In this document: in pieces, positions 54,779-63,444 of the stretch
How positions within the stretch are numbered: position 1 is the first letter of the stretch
Layout of the letters: each line of letters opens with the position of its first letter
NCBI GenBank assembly: GCA_043799715.1
Contig: JAZDNM010000005.1
Span: forward strand, 4,859-68,858
Reading direction: 5' to 3'
Source: an archaeon
GTDB taxonomy: Archaea > Nanobdellota > Nanobdellia > Pacearchaeales > DTIR01
Length of the DNA stretch: 64,000 bases
Made by a program: the position numbers and the translations under genes
The notes under the pieces: model-generated
The model's input: the letters and a program-made list of their open reading frames with translations, nothing else
Told to the model about the DNA's origin: nothing
Databases searched by the model: none

Positions 54779-55915
54779 CTATTGCTTTCGGTTGTCCAAA
54801 TTTTCTAATGTTTTGAGATAAACAGACTTCATTATGCTAAAACGATATTTCTGCGCTTTCTCCTTTCCTTTTTTGCCTATCCTTGAAGCAAGTTTTTCAT
54901 TCTTGAAAAGTTCATTTACCTTTTGAATTAGTTCATCTTTATTGCCCTGTTTGTAAATGCAGAACTTGTCAGGAACAATTTCAGGGATGCCTCCAGCATC
55001 TGTCGCGATTACCGGCTTGCCTTGCGCCATTGCCTCCAGAACAGTTGTACCGAGAGATTCGCGTATGCTGCTGCAGATGTAGATGTTACAGGCAGTGTAT
55101 GCATCCCTTTTTTGCTCAGAATTCATAAATCCTGCCCAGATTATTCTCTTTTCAACATTCAATTCTTTTGCAAGCTTCATGCATTTTTTTGTGTAGCCAG
55201 TTTCTTCTCCGCCAATCACAAGTGTTGCATTTAGCTGCGGCATAATGCTGATGATTTCCTCAAAATTCTTTATAGGCACCTGCCTGCCGAGAGAGAAAAG
55301 CATTTTTCCTTTAATGCCATGCTTTTTCCTGAATTTTACCGAATTCCCCATGACAAAACTCCTGTTAGGCAGGGAATTAGGAAGTATGACTACTTTTTTT
55401 GCCCCAAGCTTTTCCAGCCATTCTGCTTCTTGTTTTGTCTCGGCGAAACAGCATGCAGAATGGGAAATAACATACTTGCCGATTGTGGAATCAATCAGCC
55501 CTGCTGCAATTTTTATCAATGGATTTTTTCTTGGATGCATTGGATAGAAAGGCGAAAGAAGGAATTTTGCTCTGCCTCTCCTCAGGAATGCAATAAACAT
55601 ATGCGGATGCCTGTATCCCCCGCAGCAGTGAATAATCTCTGTATCTTTGCCAAATTTTGGGAACCACAGCTTTGTAAACCAGGTTATGCTTGCAAAAACT
55701 GGAAATCTTTTTATTGGAATGCCCTTGTAATTGTCAGTTTTCCTTGCAATTTTTCTGCCGTCAGGCCATATATTAGGAGTCAGCACTTCAAAATTCCTTT
55801 TTGCCTCTTTGAGCATTCTTGCGATGTTATAGGGATAATCTTCAACATCCCCTGAAACCGGCCAGAAGAATGTTGCCAGCACTGCAATCTTTGGTTTCCT
55901 GTTTTTTGCCTGCAT
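54779..55915 (-). CDS. GT4-family glycosyltransferase
   Basis: ESLGTTVLEAMAQGKPVIATDAGG, and a GT-B architecture. Confidence 0.8.
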   Translation of the reverse strand: MQAKNRKPKIAVLATFFWPVSGDVEDYPYNIARMLKEAKRNFEVLTPNIWPDGRKIARKTDNYKGIPIKRFPVFASITWFTKLWFPKFGKDTEIIHCCGGYRHPHMFIAFLRRGRAKFLLSPFYPMHPRKNPLIKIAAGLIDSTIGKYVISHSACCFAETKQEAEWLEKLGAKKVVILPNSLPNRSFVMGNSVKFRKKHGIKGKMLFSLGRQVPIKNFEEIISIMPQLNATLVIGGEETGYTKKCMKLAKELNVEKRIIWAGFMNSEQKRDAYTACNIYICSSIRESLGTTVLEAMAQGKPVIATDAGGIPEIVPDKFCIYKQGNKDELIQKVNELFKNEKLASRIGKKGKEKAQKYRFSIMKSVYLKTLENLDNRKQ

Positions 55916-55935
55916 GCTGATTGGAAGTTCACAGG

Positions 55936-55945
55936 ATTTATAAAT
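55936..55945. promoter_or_regulatory. Perfectly palindromic TATA box shared by divergent genes
   Basis: ATTTATAAAT is its own reverse complement. It is centred about 26 nt from the minus-strand start (55915) and about 32 nt from the plus-strand start (55973). Confidence 0.45.
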
Positions 55946-55972
55946 ATTTTATTGCTCAGCTAAAAAAAGAAA

Positions 55973-56956
55973 ATGAAGATGCTTATAACGGGTGGTGCGG
56001 GATTCATAGGGCACCATTTTGTCAATCATTTGCTGCTTAATACAGATTATAATATGGTTATTCTCGATAAATTAAACTATGCCTCAAGCGGTTTTGACAG
56101 GTTAAGGGACATAAACTGCTTTGATGAGAAGAGGGTTATGACCCTTGCAACTGATTTTTCAAAGCCATTGCCGCAGGGGATAGAGAAAGAAATTGGAAGC
56201 TTGGATTATATTATCCATTTTGGGGCTGAAACGCATGTTGACAGATCAATTGAAGACCCAGAGCCGTTTGTAATGTCTAATGTTTTGGGAACAATGCATA
56301 TCCTCAATTTTGCAAAAAAACAGCAAAATTTGGAGAAAATGGTTTATTTCTCAACTGATGAAGTTTTTGGGCCTGCACCAGAAAATAATTTTTTTGAGGA
56401 ATGGGACAGGTATAATTCAAGCAATCCTTATGCTGCAACCAAGGCTGGGGGCGAGGAACTTTGCCTTGCTTATGCTAATACCTACAAACTGCCTATTTTT
56501 ATCACCCATACTATGAATGTTTTTGGTGAAAGGCAGCATCCTGAAAAATTTATCCCAATGACAATCAAGAAGGTTTTGCTTGGTGAAAAGGTTTTGATTC
56601 ATTCTGATGCCACTAAGACAAAATCCGGCTCCAGAATGTGGATACATGCACGAAATGTGTCCTCTGCCATAATGTTCCTGCTTGATAAAGGAAAAACCAG
56701 AGACAAGTATAATATTGTTGGTGAGAAAGAGGTTAGCAACTTGGAATTGGCCCGATTCATAGCCAAAATTGTAGGAAAGCCCTTGGACTATGAAATGGTG
56801 GATTTTCATTCAAGCCGTCCAGGGCATGACCTTCGCTATGCCTTGTCTGGAGAAAAAATGGAAAAGATGGGATGGAAGCTGCCAATGGACTTTGAGGGCA
56901 GCTTGGCTAAAACAATCAAATGGACATTAAAGAACAAGCGTTGGATAGGCTTATAA
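55973..56956 (+). CDS. rfbB: dTDP-glucose 4,6-dehydratase-like NDP-sugar dehydratase
   Basis: MLITGGAGFIGHHF, STDEVFG, YAATKAGGEEL, HTMNVFGERQHPEKFIP. Confidence 0.8.
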   Translation: MKMLITGGAGFIGHHFVNHLLLNTDYNMVILDKLNYASSGFDRLRDINCFDEKRVMTLATDFSKPLPQGIEKEIGSLDYIIHFGAETHVDRSIEDPEPFVMSNVLGTMHILNFAKKQQNLEKMVYFSTDEVFGPAPENNFFEEWDRYNSSNPYAATKAGGEELCLAYANTYKLPIFITHTMNVFGERQHPEKFIPMTIKKVLLGEKVLIHSDATKTKSGSRMWIHARNVSSAIMFLLDKGKTRDKYNIVGEKEVSNLELARFIAKIVGKPLDYEMVDFHSSRPGHDLRYALSGEKMEKMGWKLPMDFEGSLAKTIKWTLKNKRWIGL

Positions 56957-56971
56957 ATACCAAGCAACAGA

Positions 56972-57964
56972 TTAGTACCAAATTTTTTTTGTTCTATCAA
57001 ATCTCTTGCTTAAGATTTCAGGCAATTTGATTAGTGTGAATAAATGCGCCCACAATGAAATTGCAAGTTTGACTGGAAAATCCCAGTTAAATGCAAGATT
57101 GCCAATGCCTAATTTCATGTTTTCATCTCTCTTGCTGACAAAAATGAATGCAAGAGAGGCAATTTCAAAAGGAATAAGCCATGAAACAGGGAAATTCAGC
57201 AATGCAAGCCTTAATCTTGTCCTTTCAAAAACAAAAAAAGTGTACGCCCTGACTCTTCTTCTGATTGACATTGAAGTGTAATGCACTATTGTTGATTGGG
57301 GATAATAGAAAATTTTGTATCCTGCTTTCTTTGCCCTGAAGCAGAAATCAACTTCCTCCCTGAAATATGGAGAAAAAGCTTCATCAAGCAATCCTATCCT
57401 GTTTATTACTTCTCTCTTGATGAGGAATGCAGCTCCTGTTACATAATCAACTTCCCTTGTTTTATCATACTGTCTTTTGTCTGTTTCCCTGTTGCCATAA
57501 TGCCCCATGCCGTAAGGCTTAATCCACCCGCCTGCATGCTGTATTCTGTTGTCTGGATAAATAAGCTTGCATCCAATGATGCCTGCACTTTCATTCTGCT
57601 CTGCAAATTCAACCATCTTTTTTATTGCATTGCTCCTGACTTCAGTATCATCATTCAGAAGAAATAGATAATCTGGCTTGAATTTTTTCAGCGCATATCG
57701 GATGCCTATGTTGTTGCCTTTTGCAAACCCATAATTTTCCTTGTTTCTTATTGTTTCAACATTGAATTTTTTCCTTATCCTTTTTGCCTCATTTTGCTTT
57801 GAAGCATTATCCACTACAATAACCTTGAGATTTTTGTAATCTTTCTGCTCTTTCTTTAAGGATAAAAGGCATCGGTCTATCTCTGGATAGTTCCATGTTG
57901 TTATTATCACTGCAATTGAAGGCTGCTTTGCTTGTTTCATTTTATTGCTCAATAAACTGCTCAT
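56972..57964 (-). CDS. GT2 glycosyltransferase (rhamnosyltransferase-like) with a C-terminal TM region
   Basis: IAVIITTWNY, VVDNAS, LLNDD (DxD), and GAAFLIKRE. Confidence 0.8.
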   Translation of the reverse strand: MSSLLSNKMKQAKQPSIAVIITTWNYPEIDRCLLSLKKEQKDYKNLKVIVVDNASKQNEAKRIRKKFNVETIRNKENYGFAKGNNIGIRYALKKFKPDYLFLLNDDTEVRSNAIKKMVEFAEQNESAGIIGCKLIYPDNRIQHAGGWIKPYGMGHYGNRETDKRQYDKTREVDYVTGAAFLIKREVINRIGLLDEAFSPYFREEVDFCFRAKKAGYKIFYYPQSTIVHYTSMSIRRRVRAYTFFVFERTRLRLALLNFPVSWLIPFEIASLAFIFVSKRDENMKLGIGNLAFNWDFPVKLAISLWAHLFTLIKLPEILSKRFDRTKKIWY

Positions 57965-59762
57965 GCCACAGCTTGAAATTTAACATTGCCCATAATTGCA
58001 GGGAATAATTATGCCTTTTCTGCCCCTCTATTATTTTTTTAATGTAATCCTTGTCAAAATAATCCAGAGCAGCGCTCTCTGTGAGAAGCTCTTCTTCAAG
58101 GAAGCCTTTTAATTCCCTCCTGAACCACAGCCCAATCGGCACAGGAAACCCTTTTTTCTTCTGCCAGATTATCTCTTTCGGAAGGATAGTTTCCATTGCT
58201 TTTTTTAATATGTATTTACCTGTTCCATTATTCAGCTTAATTGAGGAAGGCATCTTTGCAGCGAGTTCAATTAAATTATAATCCAAGAAAGGCGTTCTCG
58301 CTTCTATTGATGCAGCCATGCCCATTTTATCCTGTTTTACAAGAAGCTCCTGTAAGTATGTCCTGAAATCAAGATACAGCAGCCTGCTGACAAAATCTGC
58401 CTGTTTTTCCTTGAATATCTGTTCAACTTTTTCCCTTAAAGGATGCTTTTCCTCTATATTCCTCAGCAATTCTTTTCTTTCAGAAGTTATCGCATTTACG
58501 CCTGTTGCATAATCAAAATTAAATCCGTTGAAAAGCATGTCCAGATTTTTTCTGTACCTTACATCCTGAAAAATTGCAGAAGAGATCTTAAATGAGCTGT
58601 TTTTCAGGAATTTTGGAATGAATCCTATTCTGCTGTTTGCTTTGGAAAGCCGGTCAATAAGTGAATATCTGTTGTAACCTGCAAAAATCTCGTCAGAGCC
58701 CTCCCCAGTAAGTACAACTGTTGCTTTGCCTCTGCTTAATTTTGAGACAAAATACAAGGGGATTGCTGATGGCCATGGCAATGGCGCATCATAGTGCCAT
58801 ATCATCTCTTTGATATTATCTGCGAATTCATTTGCCGAGACAAATACTTCATTATGCTCTGTATTAAAATATTTTGCAGTCAGTTCAGCGCTTTTTCTTT
58901 CCTCTGCATCTCCTGAACAAACATAAAAAGTTTTTACATTTTCTGAAATTTTTTTCATATGCGCAACAATGCATGCGGAATCTATGCCCCCTGATATGAA
59001 TGCGCCTATAGGCACGTCGCTTATCATTCTTTTCTGCACGCTTTGCGCTATCTGGCTTCTCAACTCTGAAATCCATTCGCTTTCTGATTTTTGCTCTGCC
59101 TTATACTCAATATCCCACCATTTTTTTACAGACAGCTTGTTTTTCTTTAGAGTAAAATAATGCGCAGGAGGAACTGTCTTTATGCCTTCAAAAAGGGTTT
59201 CATCCCCAACAAGAATCCCATAATTAAAAAAATCATAAAGTATATCTCTGTTCAATTTTTTCTTGATATCAAACTCAAGAATAGCCTTTATTTCAGATGC
59301 AAAAATAAAATTTTCCCTGTCGAGATAGTAATACAGGGGCTTTACTCCTGCCCTGTCCCTTGCAATAAAAAGCTCTTTCTTTTTTGTATCCCATATTGCA
59401 AATGCAAACATCCCGTTGAATTTTTGCAGGCATTCCTCATGCCATTCTTCGTATGCATGAAGTATCACTTCAGTATCGCTTTTGCTCTTGAACTCATGCT
59501 TTTTCTCAAGCTCTTTTCTCAGCTCCTGAAAATTGTAAATCTCGCCGTTAAAAACAATCCACAAACTCTTGTCCTCGTTGCACATCGGCTGCTTTGCGTT
59601 CTCGCTCAAGTCAATTACTGCAAGCCTCCTATGCCCGAGGGCAATATCACTGTCAAAGAAATAATCAGAGCCGTCAGGACCCCTATGATGCATTTTTTCA
59701 GTTGCTTTCTTGACTTTTTCCCTGTCAATATTCCTGCTGTAAACTCCAATTATGCCGCACAT
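57942..59762 (-). CDS. Asparagine synthase (glutamine-hydrolysing) family amidotransferase, probably glycan-modifying
   Basis: N-terminal MCGIIG (Ntn Cys2) and the PP-loop FISGGIDSA. It sits inside a glycan cluster and overlaps both neighbouring genes. Confidence 0.8.
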   Translation of the reverse strand: MCGIIGVYSRNIDREKVKKATEKMHHRGPDGSDYFFDSDIALGHRRLAVIDLSENAKQPMCNEDKSLWIVFNGEIYNFQELRKELEKKHEFKSKSDTEVILHAYEEWHEECLQKFNGMFAFAIWDTKKKELFIARDRAGVKPLYYYLDRENFIFASEIKAILEFDIKKKLNRDILYDFFNYGILVGDETLFEGIKTVPPAHYFTLKKNKLSVKKWWDIEYKAEQKSESEWISELRSQIAQSVQKRMISDVPIGAFISGGIDSACIVAHMKKISENVKTFYVCSGDAEERKSAELTAKYFNTEHNEVFVSANEFADNIKEMIWHYDAPLPWPSAIPLYFVSKLSRGKATVVLTGEGSDEIFAGYNRYSLIDRLSKANSRIGFIPKFLKNSSFKISSAIFQDVRYRKNLDMLFNGFNFDYATGVNAITSERKELLRNIEEKHPLREKVEQIFKEKQADFVSRLLYLDFRTYLQELLVKQDKMGMAASIEARTPFLDYNLIELAAKMPSSIKLNNGTGKYILKKAMETILPKEIIWQKKKGFPVPIGLWFRRELKGFLEEELLTESAALDYFDKDYIKKIIEGQKRHNYSLQLWAMLNFKLWHEQFIEQ

Positions 59763-60205
59763 TTTTTCAGAAACTCCCTTATCTTTTCAGCAATTTTGCA
59801 TTCTGGCGGGGTATATTTTCTAAATTGAAATGCCTTTGCTTTCCTGATTGTTTCTTCCAATTCCCCAGGATTTTTGCACCATATCAAATAATTATCCTTT
59901 GAAAGTGCTTTGAGAATCTCTTCCTGATGCACATCAGTCCTGTTTGGGTTGGCTAGACTAATTATTTTCTTGCCCATCTCAAGTAGTTCATAAGTTGTAC
60001 CTGCTCCTCCATGAGAGATTATCAGGCGGGCTTTCCTGTAATAAGGCATTAAACTTGGCTTGAATCTAAAATATTCCGCGTTTTTTGGGATATAATCCCC
60101 TTTTCCTATTTGTGAAATTATCTTCTCATTTATGTTTGCAGCGGTCATGTCTATTTTTTTTATCAGTTCATCAAATTTTCCTGTACCCACAGTCACAAAT
60201 ATCAT
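59750..60205 (-). CDS. Alg13-like glycosyltransferase subunit (Glyco_tran_28_C; PssE/Cps14G type)
   Basis: MIFVTVGTGKFDELI and SHGGAGTTYELL. Confidence 0.75.
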   Translation of the reverse strand: MIFVTVGTGKFDELIKKIDMTAANINEKIISQIGKGDYIPKNAEYFRFKPSLMPYYRKARLIISHGGAGTTYELLEMGKKIISLANPNRTDVHQEEILKALSKDNYLIWCKNPGELEETIRKAKAFQFRKYTPPECKIAEKIREFLKKCAA

Positions 60206-60208
60206 CTT

Positions 60209-60703
60209 CTAACCCAACCTCCCAGCATAAACTGCTTTAGGATAATTCTTTAATTCATTCTTCCATTGCACAAAAAATAAATCTGCAAAAGAATATGTAA
60301 GCCTGCCAGCGAGTGATTTTATATACACTCTGCTCCACGACTCCAAGAATATGACTTTTTTTCTGAAGAGAAATTTTCCCAGCCATGCTGTATGCAGGGA
60401 AATAGCCGGGCCCGCAGCAATTATGCATTCAGCATTGCTTCTGAACAGCATAATCAGGGTTTGTATTGCAGAAGGAACAAACTTAAGAATTACTTTGGCA
60501 AGATTCCTGTCTTCCATATTTCTTGGGTTGTAAATCCTGAAAACCCTGCCTTTGATTTCAATCTTCTTTTCTGATAAAGAGTCATCAGAGGCAAGGACAT
60601 ATTCATAATCAAAGGATTTCCCAAGCTGTTTTACAAGTTTGAGCAGCTGCTTTGTGTGCCCCCCGCCGCCAAGTATAATCATCAGGGTTTTCTTTTTGTT
60701 CAT
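60209..60703 (-). CDS. Alg14-like glycosyltransferase membrane-anchor subunit (PssD/Cps14F type)
   Basis: MIILGGGGHTKQLLKL, and a position directly upstream of the Alg13-like gene. Confidence 0.7.
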   Translation of the reverse strand: MNKKKTLMIILGGGGHTKQLLKLVKQLGKSFDYEYVLASDDSLSEKKIEIKGRVFRIYNPRNMEDRNLAKVILKFVPSAIQTLIMLFRSNAECIIAAGPAISLHTAWLGKFLFRKKVIFLESWSRVYIKSLAGRLTYSFADLFFVQWKNELKNYPKAVYAGRLG

Positions 60704-60785
60704 AAATCAGATATTTCAAATCTTTTTAAATAGCTTATGATTCCCAATTCATAAACTTTAAAAGTTGTTTTTGGTTTTGCTTGTG

Positions 60786-61820
60786 ATGAATACAGCGGAA
60801 AAAGCATCATATTTCCTGAAGTATGCAGCTTTGAAGCCGGTCAGGCTTTGGAATCTTTTTCTAATTAAATTTTCAAGGATATTGCGGCTGCCGGTAGTTT
60901 TAGGCATGCCCTTGACTTTAATGATGGAACCGACAAATTTCTGCAATCTCAAATGCCCGCTTTGCCCTACAGGGGCAGGGCTGCTCGGGAGAAAGAAAGC
61001 CCTGTTGGGATTCGTTGCATTTAAGAGGATATTTGACCAGTTTGCGCCGTATATCCTGCACTTAAGATTGTGGAATTGGGGGGAGCCTTTGCTTAATCCA
61101 GAGATATACAAAATGATTGCTTATGCCAAAAAGCATGATGTTTTTGTCAATACAAGCACAAATAGCTTCTTTCTTACAAAAGAAAATGCAAGAAAATTGG
61201 TTGAAAGCGGCTTGGACGAGCTGATTATAAGCTTGGATGGTGCAAGCGAGGAAACTTATAAAAAATACAGGAAAAATGGCCATTTCTCAAAGGTGGTTGA
61301 AGCAATAAAAACGCTTGTTCTTGAAAAAAGGAAATTAAGAAGCAAAACACCCAAGATTAAAGTGCAATTCATAATTATGCGCCATAATGAGCATGAGATT
61401 GAAAAAGCGGTAAAACTTGCAGGGGAGATAGGGGCAGACAGCATTTTCTTTAAGACAGTGGGGATGATGGATGTTTCTATTTATGAGCCTCTCAAGAAAT
61501 ACCTGCCAAAAAACAGAGAATTCAGCAGATACAAGAATAGAAGGAATCCGGATAAGGCAAGAAACTTCTGTGATTACCTGTGGGACGAGACAACAATAAA
61601 TGTTGATGGCAGTGTTGTTCCATGCTGCCGGGATTCGCATAACAGCTATTCGTTCGGCAATGTTCTTAATGAGCCATTCAAAAAAATATGGAACAACAAA
61701 AAATATGTTGAATTCAGAAAAAAGATTTTAAAAAACAAGAAGGATATTGATTTATGCAGATATTGCCAGGGGGGCAAGAAAGAATTAAAAATAGGTGAAA
61801 TTTCTTTTAAGGCATCCTAA
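60786..61820 (+). CDS. Radical SAM enzyme with a C-terminal SPASM-like cysteine-rich domain
   Basis: EPTNFCNLKCPLCPTG (CxxxCxxC) and the C-terminal clusters NFCDYLW..., VPCCRD, DLCRYCQGG. ATG 60786 lies about 26 nt after AACTTTAAAAG. Confidence 0.8.
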   Translation: MNTAEKASYFLKYAALKPVRLWNLFLIKFSRILRLPVVLGMPLTLMMEPTNFCNLKCPLCPTGAGLLGRKKALLGFVAFKRIFDQFAPYILHLRLWNWGEPLLNPEIYKMIAYAKKHDVFVNTSTNSFFLTKENARKLVESGLDELIISLDGASEETYKKYRKNGHFSKVVEAIKTLVLEKRKLRSKTPKIKVQFIIMRHNEHEIEKAVKLAGEIGADSIFFKTVGMMDVSIYEPLKKYLPKNREFSRYKNRRNPDKARNFCDYLWDETTINVDGSVVPCCRDSHNSYSFGNVLNEPFKKIWNNKKYVEFRKKILKNKKDIDLCRYCQGGKKELKIGEISFKAS

Positions 61821-61821
61821 T

Positions 61822-63429
61822 ATGGAAAAAGAAGCAGAGAGCAGGCTTAGTTCAAGAAAAAGTGCAATTATCGGAAAGATTGCCGCATGGTTTAGCAGTC
61901 CCTATAACAGAGTTTTTATCGCAATATTAGCAGTTGCAATTGCAATAAGATTGTTTTATTTTTTCATGTTCAAAAGCCAGCCATTATGGTTTGATGAGGC
62001 AGAGTACATGTCCAAGTCAAAGGAGATAGCATTTAACTTCAACTGGCACGCTAACTGGAGCCCGAGAAAGCCAATATTGCTTGCGTGGCTTTTTGTGCCT
62101 CTTCTAAAAATTGGATTTAACGAAGCAGCATTAAGGTTCATCCTTGTACTGTTCTCGATTGCAGCTGTATGGCTCGCATATCTTGTTGCAAAAGAATTTT
62201 TTAACAGAAAGATTGCGCTGATTTCATCTTTTATAATGGCTGTTTACTGGGTTAACATGTTCTTTTCAGTAAGGTTCCTTGTTGATATGCCTGCAACAAC
62301 ATTGTTTCTTGCAGCCCTGTATTTTTTTGCAAAGGGATACATAAAAAAGGAGAAGAAGGAATACCTTATTTTCTTCGGGGCTTTTTTAGCCTTAGGCTTC
62401 CTGATGAGAGTCAGTTATGGTATTTTTCTCCTGCCTTTTGCGCTTTACATTTTTATGGAGGAAAAATTTGCATTATTCAAAAACAAGCAGCTGTGGATTG
62501 GCGTGTTGATTGCTTTTATAGTAATGCTGCCTTTTTTTATATGGCTTTTCAATGCATATCCCCAGGACCCTCTTGGGCAGTTTATCGGGCTGAAGTACGG
62601 AAGATTTTCAATAGGGCAGGAGCACGGCTCAATGGGCTTTCCGGGAATAATCGAATATCTCAAGGATTTCCCTAATCAGCTAAAATCTGCATACTTTATC
62701 CTATTTTTATTTGGGCTTGCTCTTGTCCTTCTTGACTTATTTCTTGAGTTTGACCTTATTTTCAAAAAAGGGTATAATGATGCAAGACTTAAATTTTTCA
62801 TTTTGCTGTGGCTTGTGATAGCGGTTGTTTCATTCGGATTGACAAGGAGCTATGTTGAGCAGCGAGACTCTATGGTTTATGCTGTGTTTATGTTTTCAAT
62901 CATCGGCGTGGCATTAATGCAGATACAGGGCTTCATTGCAAAGTATTCAAAAATTCTGGGCATAGCAGTAGTAATGGCCCTGCTTGCTTATGGCGCTTAT
63001 TCCCAGATTATTTATGGATACGAAATGACAAAAGACAAGTCAACATCTTATCAGCCGGTAAGGGATGCTGGATTGTGGATTAAGCAGAATTCAAACAAGG
63101 TGGATGGCGTGACTTCAAAATCCCTGCCGCAGATGGAATATTATTCCGAGAGGGAGAATTATGACATCTTCACTAAAACAGAAGAGGAATTCATAGGCAA
63201 TGCCACAATGAGAAAAACAAGATTTTTTGTTCCGTCAACATTCGAGCCGTACTGGCTTGTGCCTGAATGGAGCTATACATGGGGGCAAAAACATCCTGAA
63301 CTTGCTAATCCTGTTTGGTGGTGGATTGATAATCCTGAAAAACCAACACAGTTTATTGTTGTCTACGAGCTGAACCTGCCTGCAATGGAGAAGGAATGGA
63401 AGAGAATCAGCAGCAATCAATCAGCCTGA
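61822..63429 (+). CDS. GT-C-fold membrane glycosyltransferase (ArnT/PMT_2, GT39/GT83-like)
   Basis: About 12 TM helices, a first-loop acidic motif (LWFDEAEY) and a soluble C-terminal domain. It starts 2 nt after the radical SAM stop. Confidence 0.6.
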   Translation: MEKEAESRLSSRKSAIIGKIAAWFSSPYNRVFIAILAVAIAIRLFYFFMFKSQPLWFDEAEYMSKSKEIAFNFNWHANWSPRKPILLAWLFVPLLKIGFNEAALRFILVLFSIAAVWLAYLVAKEFFNRKIALISSFIMAVYWVNMFFSVRFLVDMPATTLFLAALYFFAKGYIKKEKKEYLIFFGAFLALGFLMRVSYGIFLLPFALYIFMEEKFALFKNKQLWIGVLIAFIVMLPFFIWLFNAYPQDPLGQFIGLKYGRFSIGQEHGSMGFPGIIEYLKDFPNQLKSAYFILFLFGLALVLLDLFLEFDLIFKKGYNDARLKFFILLWLVIAVVSFGLTRSYVEQRDSMVYAVFMFSIIGVALMQIQGFIAKYSKILGIAVVMALLAYGAYSQIIYGYEMTKDKSTSYQPVRDAGLWIKQNSNKVDGVTSKSLPQMEYYSERENYDIFTKTEEEFIGNATMRKTRFFVPSTFEPYWLVPEWSYTWGQKHPELANPVWWWIDNPEKPTQFIVVYELNLPAMEKEWKRISSNQSA

Positions 63430-63444
63430 TAACTGCTGCAAGCT

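Noticed and set aside
61822-63429. Calling one of the GT-C membrane proteins AglB/STT3 oligosaccharyltransferase
   Set aside because: No WWDYG motif or DK/MI motif is visible. The WWW in ANPVWWWIDNPEK does not sit in the right context.
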